Shown piece by piece: positions 34,325 to 47,611 of a stretch of 64,000 bases of DNA (the stretch's first letter is position 1; each line of letters begins with the position of its first letter). The notes under the pieces are model-generated. The model ran no database searches, was not told where the DNA came from, and was given only the letters and a program-made list of their open reading frames with translations. The stretch is from Octopus sinensis (Eukaryota). A program made the translations under genes and the position numbers. The stretch covers positions 16,368,001 through 16,432,000 of the forward strand of contig NC_043014.1 of the NCBI RefSeq assembly GCF_006345805.1, in the 5' to 3' direction.

Positions 34325-35103
34325 AGCAGCTCAGGACTCAAAGCAGAAACAGAGGGATTTTTAATTGCAGCATAAGACCAAAGCCTCCCCACCAGAAATT
34401 ACCAAAAACATGTAATGAAAAGAAATATTACAAGTAACTGCAGAATATGTGGAGATGGACAAGAAACAATAAATCATATTATCTCTAGCTGCCCAGTCCT
34501 GGCTAAGAAGGAATATATTCACAGACATGACAAAGTTGGAACCTACATACATTGGAAGCTATGCCAACATTATGGAATAACAACAGAAAAAAGATGGTAT
34601 AGGCACACACCAGAAAAGGTCACAGAAAACGAGAAAGCAACCATACTCTGGGATATGCCGATACACACAGATAGAGAAATTAAGGCCAACAGACCAGATA
34701 TAGTTGTCAGAGACCATGAAGAAAAAAAAATGCTTTCTAATTGATGTATCAATACCGGCTGATGACAACGTGTCTCTAAAAGAAATGGAGAAACTCTCAA
34801 AATACAAAGACCTGGAAATAGAGGTAACTAGAATGTGGAATCTGAAAACAGAAACAATTCCTATCATAGTAGGTGCATTAGGCATGATAAAAAAATATTC
34901 AGACAAATACATAACAAAAACACCAGGACTTACAAACACATATAACATACAGAAAATTGCACTACTAGGCACTGCACACATCCTACGCAGAACACTTTCC
35001 ATACAATAACCATCAGAGCATCACAACAAATCACAACACATACCCAAGGCACACAGAGCTGCGCTGGGTAGTGAAGTGAAAGCACGCTATAAAAATAAAA
35101 CTA

Positions 35104-35166
<63 letters not shown>

Positions 35167-35239
35167 TAATAATAATTAATAATAATAATAATTAATAATT
35201 AATAATAATAATAATTAATAATAATAATAATAATAATTT

Positions 35240-35275
<36 letters not shown>
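34325..35275 (+). mobile_element. 5'-truncated R4/Dong-like RLE-type LINE followed by (TAA)n
   Basis: CRICGDGQETINHIISSC zinc knuckle, NRPDIV...IDVS endonuclease motif, KYKDL, IIVGALG and LLGTAHILRR. One stop and one frameshift in an A run; 3' UTR then (AAT)n at 35108-35275. Confidence 0.9.
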
Positions 35276-35277
<2 letters not shown>

Positions 35278-35385
35278 GAGTTAGACCCAGCGGAGAGCTA
35301 CAAGTACCTAGCGGTAATTGAAGGGGACGGAATAAGGCATTCAGTGATGAAGGAAAGGATCAGGAGAGAATGCTTCATACTGATT
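35275..35385 (+). mobile_element. Second Dong-like fragment directly after the (TAA)n tract
   Basis: KELDPAESYKYLAVIEGDGIRHSVMKERIRRECF resembles the post-RT YKYLG region of R4/Dong proteins. Confidence 0.65.
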
Positions 35386-35801
35386 TACAGGCAACATTTT
35401 TCGTCGCCAGTAAAGATTTGGTAAAGAAATCGTTGCTTGTGTACATGAATGGAGCAGTGACGAGCAAGCATTTTTGAACTTGGCATACCAATCAGGAGCG
35501 GTTCTTTCAATTATAGCACCCTCTCCATACACAGCACAAATGTCGTGAGCAGCTTTTGCGGCCTTAGAGCCTTGATTTAAAGCAAAAAGAAGGAGGTGTC
35601 GAAAATGCTCGTTTTTCTTAACTTGACATTCCATTTTAATGATCTGAAAATAAACAAAAATTAACTAAAATTAACTAGAAAAAAAAAACAAAACAAAATA
35701 AATTCCAAAAGGATTCCAAAATAGAATTCTCAAAAACAATAGATTCGCAATAATTACCAAAATTTAAAAAACGGCGGGAACTTAGTTGCCAACCCAATAT
35801 A
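35385..35801 (-). mobile_element. Internally deleted mariner 5' fragment
   Basis: TIR tattgggttggcaactaagtt; MECQVKKNEHFRHLLLF..AAHDICAVYGEGAI.ERT..WYAKFK joined to a TGDEK remnant. Confidence 0.88.
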
Positions 35802-37177
35802 TGAATAAATGTTTAATATATTTCTAAGCATACAACTATGTGTATATGAAGATGAAGTTGCGTACATATATACGTATGTGTGTGGGCATATTTATACATG
35901 TATGTGTATATATGTATGTATGTATGTATATGTATGTATGTATATGTATGTATATGCGTTTGTAAGTGTAGAGCTGTGTATATGAGCATGTAAATGCAAG
36001 TATATGCCTTGTGTGTGTATGGGCATATATATATATAGTTAATCCAAACATGAAAGCACAAAAGAAAAACACAACAACGCGAGGACGTGGAAAAAATGTA
36101 GTATTATTGGACGCTCAGGAAAGAAGGAGGGTTTAACGTTTGTGTGTATGTGTGTGTGTGTGTGTGGTGTTCAAGAAAAGGGATTCAAGGAATCAAAACC
36201 AAAAGAGGTTCCCAATGTATGTGTATATGTGTGTGCACGTATCTTTTCGTTTGTGTTTGTCCCCACTCCATTTCACCGCTCGACCGGCTGGTGTTGTTTT
36301 GTTTACGTCCCCATAACCTAACTGTTCAGTAAAGACAACCCGATTGAAAAAGTAGCAAGCTTTAAAAATGTGTACTGGAGTCACTTTATTCACGTAAACC
36401 CTTCAAAGCGGTGCACCAGCATGGCTACAGTCCCAATGACTGGAAGAAAAAAAGAATATTCGTAAATTCTATTCAATAAATTCTATTCTATTCAATAAAG
36501 TGTTATAACAATACAGAATGCGGCGAGTTTCCAGAATCGTTACTCTGTCGCACAAAATGCTTAGCAGCATTTATTCCGGCTTTCTACGTTCCGAGTTCAA
36601 AGACTTTGCCTTTCATCCTTTCAGGGTCAATAAAAACAGGTACCAGTTGAGCACTGAGGGCCATGTAATCGACTTACTGCCTTCCCCTAAAATCGCTGGT
36701 GTTGAGCCTCTCTCTCTCCGTTATTCAACCCCACGCACCACCACCCCGCCATTGCCGCCGCCGCTGCCACCATCACCACCGCTGCCACCACCACCACCAT
36801 GTCACTGTTTCCCTATTCACACCCATACTTCTTCCATCCACTCTTATCTCTCTCTCTCTCTGTCTCTTTGTTTCTTTCAAGAACACACACACTCTCTCCC
36901 TCCCTCATTGTACCTATGTGTGTGTGTGTGTCTCTCTCTCTCTCTGTGACTGTTTCTTTGTTTCTCTCCTTTCCTCTTCCTCCACCACCATCACCATATA
37001 CCTCTTTCTCCCTCCCTCTCTTTTTCCTTTTCCACCCCTCTCTCTCTCTCTCACACCTTTTCTCTTTCTTTCTCATATCCCAACACACACACACACATAT
37101 ATGTGCACAAAGTGACATACATATATGCACACAAACACATCACATAAGGCCGTTCTCCATCCTCCAACACTGCTTAA

Positions 37178-37215
<38 letters not shown>

Positions 37216-39633
37216 CGCGTGTCTGCCTGTGTGAGTGTGACTCTGGGAGGAGGAGGAGGAGGAAAAGGTGTGGAGGGGAGAGAGAGAGAGAAGTTACTTT
37301 TTACCGAGAAGGGTGAGAGAGAAGGGACCAGCTCTCACACTTAGGACGGTTCGCGCCAGATTTAGACGATCAACATCAAAACTCAACCCCTTTCGGAATT
37401 TAAATCCTTACGAAAATAAAAGACCCTTACTTCTCTTGTATATATATATATATATATTAGTAGTATATATATTATTGCATATTATATATATAATAATATA
37501 CTTTATAGTATAATATATATATATATATATACATACACTGGATTGGAAAAAAACTCATTTCTCTGAAAAAAAAAAATTACCTTTTTGGATAATTTTGCCT
37601 TTTACACTCACGTATGTATATCAATTACTTTTATTATACACTTAATTGAGGATATTAATTAATTTATAACACACACACACACACATAAAGAATCTATCAC
37701 CTTTTCATTGCTGTGTTTTAAAAAATCTGCAGAAAAGTTATATATTTTCTATATGTGTGTGTATATTAATTACAGATATGTAAGTTGATCATATAGACCC
37801 CAGTGTTTCACTGGTACTTAATTTATTGATCCCTGAAAGGATGAAGGGCAAAGTTGACCTCAACGGAATTTGAACTCGGAATGGAACAATGTAAGAAGTA
37901 ACATTAAGCATTTTGTCCAGCGTACTAACGATTCTGCCAGCTCACCTTCTTAATAATAATTATAATGATGATGGTTTCAAATTTTGCCAGAAGGGCAGCA
38001 GTTTTGAGGGAAGTAGTTAATTTATCGACCCCCAAAAGGATGAAAAGCAAAGTCGAGTCAATTGGAATTTGAACTCAGAACATAGTGACTGGCAAAATAC
38101 CGCTAAGCATTTCGTTCAGCCTGCTAAATAATTCTACCAGTTCACCGCCTTCTTATTAATAATAATAATCGTTTTCTACTAAAGGCACAAGGCCTGAAAT
38201 TTGTAGGGAGGGCACGGGTCAATTACATTGACCCCAGTGTATCACTGGTACTGAAAGGCAAAGTCAACCTCAGCAGAGTTTGTAGTTGAAATGAACGAAA
38301 TACCGGGAAGCATTTTGCCTGGCATATTAAGAATTCTGCCAACTCACTGCCTTCTCCAGGTCTACCACGTGATAGAATAATAGTAATGGACTCTTCCCGT
38401 CGAACACCACTTGTGAGCATTCAGCTATTTCGCTGAATGACCTGCACGGATGATTTGTTTCATAGTGATCAAATGTCCTTTGCCACACATTAGTTCTCGT
38501 GCCCTCCATCAAACTAACGCTGCACAATGTACCACACGTTGGGGGTCAAAGTGATTGCAGAGCAAAAAGTTTTGCCCCAGAAAACAACACACCACCCAGT
38601 CTAGGAATTGAAACCACAACCTCATAATTGTGAGTGCAACATCCTAACCACTAAGCCATGGAGTGGAGCACTCAGGTACTTACCAGCACGTTAATTCCAC
38701 GAGCAGGCTGGCTGTTCCGTCGTTGTAACCGGTGGAGTGCCAGCTCGTCGTATATTCGCACCATTGACCCAGGTTATTTGTGATTTGGTCTCATTTTATT
38801 GTTTGTCTCCTTCACTGCCCTTTGCATTTGCTCACTCAAACCCCTGCAGTCCTTTTGCTGCTGCTGACACCCCCAAAATAATCTTATCAGTAAAGGTGCA
38901 AAATTATGATTTTTCAATGAGAACCGATGAGGGATGAGCATGTCCACATGGTGTGTAAGAATTTTCCTGGTGTTTCTTTTGGTTGAGGGATTTTACTGGG
39001 ATCCTTTGTCGTACTTCTGTGCAAAATTTTAATCACACCAAGCACACACACATATATATATTCAAGACAAGGTATAAATAACGGCCATTACCTATTTCTC
39101 TATACTGTAGTAAACCTGACTTGCAGCTGTTTCCAGTAGCAATTATAGGTTCATTATTGGCAGGTTTACAGGCGAGCAGGCAGAAACGTTAGCACGCCAG
39201 GCGAAATGCGTAGCCGTATTTCGTCTGCCGTTACGTTCTGGGTTCAAATTCCGCTGAGGTCGACTTTGCCTTTCATCCTTTCGGGGTCGATAAATTAAGT
39301 ACCAATTACGCACTGGGGTCGATGTAATCGACTTAATCCCTTTGTCTGTTCTTGTTTAGCCCCTTGTGGGTAATAAAGAAACATATTGGCAGGTTTACTC
39401 TGTCGGCTCATCGACCAGTTGGGAAATGTTGAATGACCTAAAATGCTACTTCCATCAGAACCATGATGAACAATAACCTTGGACCCTGCCACAAGAATAT
39501 ACAAAGTTCTTTATCAATCTAAACCACGGTGTTTGCCTGGTTTACAAACAGAAAGCATGAATTGATAATCTCTCACAAATAATCCCTCTCTCTCTCTACA
39601 CACACACATACATGTATACACATAGACCAGCGG

Positions 39634-39680
<47 letters not shown>

Positions 39681-40169
39681 GTAAGTAGAGTTTGCTCCAG
39701 CATGGCCACAGTCAAATGACTGAAACAAGTAAAAGAGTAAAAAAAAAAGTAAAAGATATATATATATATATACACACACACATAATGCATTGCCGAATCT
39801 AGAAATTGAACCTATGATTGCTAGATATGAATGTACCATTCTAACCACTATACCAAACACCTTCACATATATACACATACATATAGAATTTGCATGTATA
39901 GATATATGGATATATATGTGTGTGTGTGTGTCTGATATATTCTTTACTTTGTTTTTCGTCATTTGACGGCGGCCATACTGGAGCACCACATTGAATGGTT
40001 TTTTAGTGGAACAAATCGAACCCCGCCTTCTCGCCGGACTTATTCTGTTGGTCTCTTTTGCTGAACTGCTAAGTTACAGCAATGTAGACACACCAACAAT
40101 GTGAAGCAGTGATGGAGAAACAAACACCAACACAAAGATGCAAATATATGCATAATTATATACATAAAC

Positions 40170-40650
40170 ATGGGATGAGGTGGTGAAGCATGGCTTTCGA
40201 ATGTTGGGCCTCACAGAGGCAAATGACAAGCAACCGAGACCCTTTGGAGATATGCTTGAGAAGACCTGGCAAGCTAAGTGAGATCGTAGCCAAAGCTGAT
40301 GCCAGTGTTGCGTTACCAGCCCATTTAAAAGAGCCCTTCAGTCATTGGGCAGTATGCTGTGCTTGAGAAGACCTATTGAGTGAAGTGAAATCGTAGTTGT
40401 GGCCCAAGCCAGTGCCGCCTGACTGGCTCCTGTGCCAGTGGTACGTAAAAAGCACCATTTGAGTGTGGCTATTGACAGTACCACCTGACTGGCCTCCGTG
40501 CCGGTGGAACATATAGTGGCTGGTGTTAGGACGAGCATTCTGCTGTAGAAACCTGACTGGATCAGATTGGAGCCTTGCTGTCCTCGGTCAAACTGTGCGA
40601 CCCATGCCAGCATGGAAAGCATGTTAAACATTGATGATGATGATGATGAT
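40170..40650 (+). mobile_element. 5'-truncated RTE copy including the ORF end and 3' UTR
   Basis: tgggatgaggtggtgaagcatg..ttgggcctcacagaggca matches the WDEVVKHDLRALGLTEA end of the 31-kb element and runs into the common tail. Confidence 0.75.
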
Positions 40651-41192
40651 ATACGAGTCTTTGGTCGGCTCGAGGCTATAGTAGAAGACACTTGCCCAAG
40701 GTGCCACGCAGTGGGACTGAACCCAGAACCATGTGGTTGAGAAGCAAGCTTCTTACCACACAGCCACGCCTGCACCTATATATATATATTTTATATATAC
40801 ACACACACACATATATATGCTAGCATGTATGTGGACTTTCTGCCTCCCCATTCACTGTATTTAAACAAGTCATCTCATCCAAACAAGTTAGCAGACACTT
40901 AGTCTTCCACACACACGCACACGCAAGATGCTTTCTACTGATATGCACGTGTGTGTATGTGTATACAATGAGAGCGAAAGAGACTAAGAGAAAGCGATTG
41001 TATGACGAGGGAAGTTCTTTTGAAGTTACCGTGCATGGGAGCATTGATGTACATGTGTGTGTGTGTGTGTGTTTGATGGGGTGTGGGAGACAGACAGTAT
41101 GTTGTGTAATCGACGGAAAGGTCTACTAGAGACGAAAGATCACCCATGTATGTATGTGTGTGTGTGTGTCTCTATCTCTATATATATATATA

Positions 41193-41289
<97 letters not shown>

Positions 41290-41290
<1 letters not shown>

Positions 41291-41708
41291 TATTGTTATA
41301 TTTCGGAATGGTCATTTTGCCAGTTTAGCCAATAAAAACACACGCACTATATTTGGTGTTATTTTGCTTCAGTGTTATTTATTTTTTACATTAATCTTAA
41401 TCTTATTTCGGCCAGAGTTCTTTCGTCACACTCCTGTGACCGCATCAGTGGTCCTTTGTTTTCTTCTTTCTTATTCGTGTCTCTCCTTACTAACCGTCAG
41501 CCATTTTGTATTTCTATTTTAAGTCTTCATTTGCGCATGCTTATATCTCTATGTGCGTTTATGTTTATTTAGTGTGTGTATGTGGGGGGATGCCTGTAAT
41601 ATTAATATCTTCTGTTTATATATGTTCATGTAATTTGTATTTTTTGTATTTTGTTTTTGTTGTTTTTGGCTAAACTGGCAAAATGACCATTCCGAAATAT
41701 AACAATAT
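41290..41708. mobile_element. Penelope-like fragment bounded by perfect 43-bp inverted repeats, containing a hammerhead-like motif (41454-41410, -)
   Basis: IR atattgttatatttcggaatggtcattttgccagtttagccaa at 41290-41332 / 41666-41708. Motif GG(A)CCA-CUGAUGC-G-GUCAC(AGGAGU)GUGAC-GAA-AG(AA)CU-C-UGGCC. Confidence 0.55.
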
Positions 41709-41761
41709 CTGTTTCAACACACGACTTCACATAAAAAATCTTGCACAACAAATATTTAAAC

Positions 41762-41822
<61 letters not shown>

Positions 41823-42760
41823 AACACTTAAGTATAAGTGACGTTGAATCATTATATTTTCCCTTACTCAGAGAAAGCCTAAATAAATAATATAACCTAA
41901 GAGAAAGCTTAAGGTAGAATAAACAGAAAACCGCGGCTGATGTAGCAATAGCCATTTTAGCCATTTTGAAATGTGGCGCGAATTGGCAATATGACGTAAT
42001 GTCTTTGCTGAAGGATTATCATTTTAGTTTTATTCCATTGGTTAATATAACTTGCTCATATATATTTCGTCGGGCGAAATGCGTAGCCGTATTTCGTCTG
42101 CCGTTACGTTCTGAGTTCAAATTCTGTCGAGGTCGACTTTGCCTTTTATCCTTTCGGGGTCGATAAATTAAGTACCAGTTACGCACTGGGTCGATGTAAT
42201 CGACTTAATCTGTTTGTCTGTCCTTGTTTGTCCCCTCTGTGTTTAGCCCCTTGTGGGTAGTAAAGAAATATCTATAAAGATTCTAGAAGTTTCGAAAAGA
42301 ATATCTGTCATGAATTTCGATTCTTTTAGAATCTTTATATAAGCAAGTTATATTAACCAATGGAAATAAGAATTAAAAACATGCTTTCTTGCAGCTCCGA
42401 GGGTTTTTAATTCTTATTTCTAGCGATATAGGTGCTACTCGCCCCCCCCTCGGTTACCTGCACTTTGAATGGATATATATATTATATATATATACATACA
42501 TACATATACACACACACACTGGTATGTGTATGTGTACATAGACCTATATAGACACAACCTACCACTTCCCCCTATTAGAACCTGACTGTATTGCTTAATA
42601 CACAGGGGACAGGCACCTGCCCCTCACCCACCACCTCCAACCCCCACCTACTCCACCCACTCTCCTATATATATATATATATATATATATATCTACCTAT
42701 TACATGTTCAGCCTCTTTGTTTTATTAGCATCCGTATGTTGTTAACGTGTTTATATATAT

Positions 42761-43340
42761 TGTGCCGGTGGCACATAAAAAGCACCGTCCGAGCGTGGCC
42801 GATGCCAGCGCTGCCTTGGTTGGCTTCTGTGCCGGTGGCACATAAAAAGCACCATCCGAACGTGGTCGTTGCCAGTGCCGCCTCGACTGGCTTCTGTGCT
42901 GGTGGCACATAAAAAGCACCGTCCGAACGTGGCCGATGCCAGCGCCGCCTTGGCTGGCTTCTGTGCCGGTGGCACATAAAAAGCACCATCCGAACGTGGT
43001 CGTTGCCAGTGCCGCCTCGACTGGCTTCTGTGCCGTTGACACATAAAAAGCACCGTCCGAACATGGCCGATGCCAGCGACCCCTTGGCTGGCTTTGGTGC
43101 TGGTGGCACGTTAAAAGCACCAACTGATCGTGGCCGATTCCAGACTCCCCGGCACCTGTGCCGGTAGCATGTAAAAAGCACCCACTACACTTGCGGAGTG
43201 GTTGGCGTTAGGAAGGGCATCCAGCTGTAGAAACACTGCCAGATCAGACTAGAGGCTGATGCAGCTCCTGGCTTCCCAGACCCTGGTCGAACAGTCCAAC
43301 CCGTGCTAGCGCGGAAAACGGACGTTAAACGATGATGATG
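42761..43340 (+). mobile_element. RTE 3' tail with 67-bp minisatellite in ABABA order
   Basis: Units start at 42761, 42828, 42895, 42962 and 43029, with a degenerate unit at 43096; the standard tail follows. Confidence 0.9.
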
Positions 43341-43537
43341 ATATATATATAGTGTGTGCGTGTATACACACTCATCTTTCTACAGTTTCTACACACCATT
43401 AACCAGCTTCCTTGGCACAGTTCCACACTGGCTTCCATGCCCTTTCACCCTTTCCTATTTGTCTGTCTGTGTGTCCTCCTCCCGATTGTGTGTCTATTTG
43501 CTTCTGTGCGCATGTGTGTGTAACTATGCCCCCACCC

Positions 43538-43654
<117 letters not shown>

Positions 43655-43798
43655 CATATACGCACACACTCACCAACATTGTTCTGGAAGTTGAGGCCAA
43701 ATCTTCTACACCTTAGTTGCATATAAAGTGTATGTATACGTATGTGTGTGTGTGTTGTATATATGTATGTATAAGTATAAGCATACACAAGACGCTTC

Positions 43799-43853
<55 letters not shown>

Positions 43854-43855
<2 letters not shown>

Positions 43856-44610
43856 TCTTTACTCTTTTACTTGTTTCAGTCATTTGACTGCGGCCATGCT
43901 GGAGCACCGCCTTTAGTCGAGCAAATCGACCCTGGGACTTATTCTTTTGTAAGCCCAGTACTTATTCTATCGGTCTCTTTTGCTGAACCGCTAAGTGACG
44001 GGGACGTAAACACACCAGCATCGGTTGTCAAGCAATGCTAGGGGGACAAACACAGACACACAAACATATATACAACAGGCTTCTTTCAGTTTCTGTCTAC
44101 CAAATCCACTCACAAGGTTTTGGTCGGCCCGAGGCTATAGCAGAAGACACTTGCCCAAGATGCCACGCAGTGAGACTGAACCCGGAACCATATGGTTGGT
44201 AAGCAAGCTACTTACCACACAGCCACTCATATATATATATATACACACACATATATAGTGGCTGTGTGGTAAGTAGCTTGCTTCCCAACCACTTGGTTCT
44301 GGGTTCAGTTCCACTGCTGGGCACCTTGAGCAAGAGTCCTCTACTATAGCCTTGGACCGACCAAAGCCTTGTAAGTGGATTTGGTAGACAGAAACTGAAA
44401 GAAGCCTGTTGTATATATATATGTGTGTGTGTGTGTGTGTCGCTTGACAACCAATGTTGGTGTGTTTACGTTGCTGTAACTTAGCGGTTTGGCAAAAGTG
44501 TTTGATAGAATAAGTACTAGGCTTACAAAGAATATGTCCTGGAGTCAATTCGTTTGACTAAAGGCGGTGCTCCAGCATGGCTGCAGTCAGATGATTGAAG
44601 TAAAAGAGTG
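43854..44610. mobile_element. Head-to-head pair of CORE-type SINEs (- 43854-44230; + 44258-44610)
   Basis: gcaagctacttaccacacagccac / gtggctgtgtggtaagtagcttgc separated by ~30 bp. Confidence 0.85.
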
Positions 44611-45903
44611 TGTGTGAGATTATATACACACACACACACACACACGCACACATCATCTTGTCAGTTTTCTATGCTGGCATGAGTTGAATGGTTTGACAGG
44701 ATCCAGCAAGACTGTACTGAGTCCCCCTCCCATTGTGGCCTGGTTTCTATGCTTGGAAGCCCTTCCTAATGACAACCACCTCACACAGTGACACTGGGTG
44801 CTCATTTTTTTTCTCGCACTAGTGAGATGACCCGAGTAAGCTGCAAGATGTGGAAGATAAAGAAGGGTGGAGGGGTGCCTTTGCACCCTGTGCTGGAAGC
44901 CTAAAGGGTGTCAGGGAGGTTGCCCCCAAGGCAGTGAGCTGGCAGAAACGTTAGCAAGCCGGGCGAAATGCGTAGCCGTATTTCGTTTGCCATTACGTTC
45001 TGAATTCAAATTCCGCCGAGGTTGACCTTGCCTTTTATCCATTCGGGGTCGATAAATTAAGTACCAGTTACGCACTGGCGTCGATATAATCGACTTGATC
45101 CATTTGTCCGTCCTTGTTTGTCCCTTCTGTGTTTAGCCCCTTGTGGGTAGTAAAGAAATAGGTATATACATACATACAGTGATATATATATATATATGAT
45201 GGGCTCACAAGTCTTTTGTCAGCCTGAGGCTATAGTAGAAGGTACTTGCCCAAGGTACCATTCAGAGGTACTAAACCCAGAACCATGTGGTTGGGAAGCA
45301 AGCTTCTGACCACACAGCCCCCTTTATGGCACCTTTGGCAAGTGTCTTCTAGTATAGCCTCAGGCCAACCAAGTCCTTGTGAGTGGGTGCAGTAGATGGA
45401 AACTGAGAGAAGCTCACTGTTTCTATATATATATATATGGAGAGAGAGAGAAAAAGTCATCAGAATTTCGTGAAAAAAATGTTTCTATTTCTTCATTATT
45501 ATGACTAGTTTCAAAGTCACTGTTCTTCATCAGTCTGGAATATATATGTATGTATACACATACATATATATATATGTGTGCATGTATGTATGTGTGTATA
45601 AACACACGTACATATGTATATACATATATATATGTAGATTGATATGAACACACAGGCTTTTGTGTTGGAACAAGAATTAAGTTCTCAAAGACTGTTGGAT
45701 TAAAATTCCTGCAAAATGCATCACATACATGTATGTATATATATGCATAGTGTTTTTAAGAGTGTATATATATGTATATACATATACTTATATGTGTATG
45801 TGTATGTACTTGTTTGTGTGTGTATAAATATATATATATGTCTATGCACATATGTATATATATATATATATACACAGGAGTATACATAAATATGTAATAA
45901 TTC

Positions 45904-45948
<45 letters not shown>

Positions 45949-46524
45949 ATGCATATAGTTGTTTAGATTCTGTGTAGATTATGTTATAATGTTGATTACG
46001 GAAAATTGGGCGTTATATATTTGCTATTGGAGAAAGCAACATCTAATTTGAAAATAATGAAAGAATTGTCGATACATACACATGTACATATTACATTCAT
46101 ATTAATGCTTACATGTGTATATATGTATGTATATATCATTATTTAATGTCCTTCCCATGATGGCATTGGTTGGACTGTTTGGCAAGAACAGAGAAGCTGG
46201 AGGGCTGTTTTGGCATGGTGTCTACAGCTGGGTGCCCTTCCAAACATCCTTCCATCCTGAATAGAATGTACTGGGCACTTTCTGCTTGGCCACAGCACTG
46301 GTGTATTCAGTACCTTACCCAGAAGATAACGCCCTTCAACAAAGAAATGTTAAGGACTGGCAGAAGACACAATGAAAGACGGGGATGAGGAGCTGCTGTT
46401 CTAGAATTTTTAGCTTCAAGGATATGTTCTGCTAGTGGTTACCATCTTTCCTTTTAATTCACTTTCAGACACCAGCTAACCACCACGGGCCTTTTGTGGC
46501 ACTTGATCATTATTAATGATAAGC

Positions 46525-47170
46525 ACAGGGGTGGCTCTGTGCTAAGAAGCATTCCCAACCACATGGCTCCAGGTTCAGTCCCACTGCATGGCATCTTGGG
46601 CAAATGTCTCCTACTATAAGCCTCAGACTGACAGGTGGCGAGCTGGCAGAAACGTTAGCGCACCAGGCGAAATGCTTAGCGGTATTTCGTCTGTCATTAC
46701 GTTCTGAGTTCAAATTCCGCCAAGGTCGACTTTGCCTTTCATCCTTTCGGGGTCGATTAAATAAGTACCAGTTTCGCACTGGGGTTAATATAATTGACTT
46801 AATCGCTTTGTCTGTCCTTGTTTGTCCCCTCTGTGTTTAGCCCCTTGTGGGCAGTAAAGAAATATATAAGCCTCAGGCTGACCAAAGCCTTGTGAATGGA
46901 TTTGGTAGACAGAAACTGAAAGAATCCCATCATATATATGTGTATTTATTTATTTATGTGTGTCTTTTTGTCTGTGTTTGTCCCTCACCATCACTTTGAC
47001 AACCAGTGTTGGTGTGTTTACATCCCTATAACTTATCGGTTTGGCAAAAGAGATTGATGGAATAAGTGCCAAGTTTGCAGAGTACAAGTCCTGGGGTTGA
47101 TTTAATTCAAATAAAGATTCTTTGAGGTGGTGCTCCAGCATGGCTGCAGTCAAATGACTGAAACAAGTAA
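46525..47170 (+). mobile_element. CORE-type SINE interrupted by a second-family SINE (46633-46864) with 18-bp TSD
   Basis: tataagcctcag(a/g)ctgac at 46615-46632 and 46865-46882. Confidence 0.88.
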
Positions 47171-47566
47171 AAGAATACATCATTGTCATCATCCAACATT
47201 CCTTTTCCCTTGCCGGCATGGGTTGGACGGTTTGACAAGATCATGTGACTCAGAGGGCTCTGCCAGGTTCTATGTCTACCTTGGCAAGGTCTCTGCAACT
47301 TGTTACCATTCCTATCACTGGACACTCTTCTACATGGTGCACCTGCCCCAGTGAGGTCACCATGTACTGGCAAAATAAGACCAACCACTCTTGTTTTCAT
47401 CATTGTTGAACGTCCCATGTTCCATGCTGGCATGGATGGGGCTAGGGTTTCGCAGAATCAAATGGGTCCCAAGACAGCATTGTCCTCAAGGGTCTGCTTT
47501 TGGGATGCCCTTTATGGTTGGGGTGCCCTTCCTAGTGCCAAACTGTTGGCAGTGTGGCCTGGATGC

Positions 47567-47611
<45 letters not shown>

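Noticed and set aside
42761-43156. CRISPR-like regular repeats
   Set aside because: The units are contiguous with no unique spacers, there are no cas genes, and the context is a eukaryotic LINE tail.
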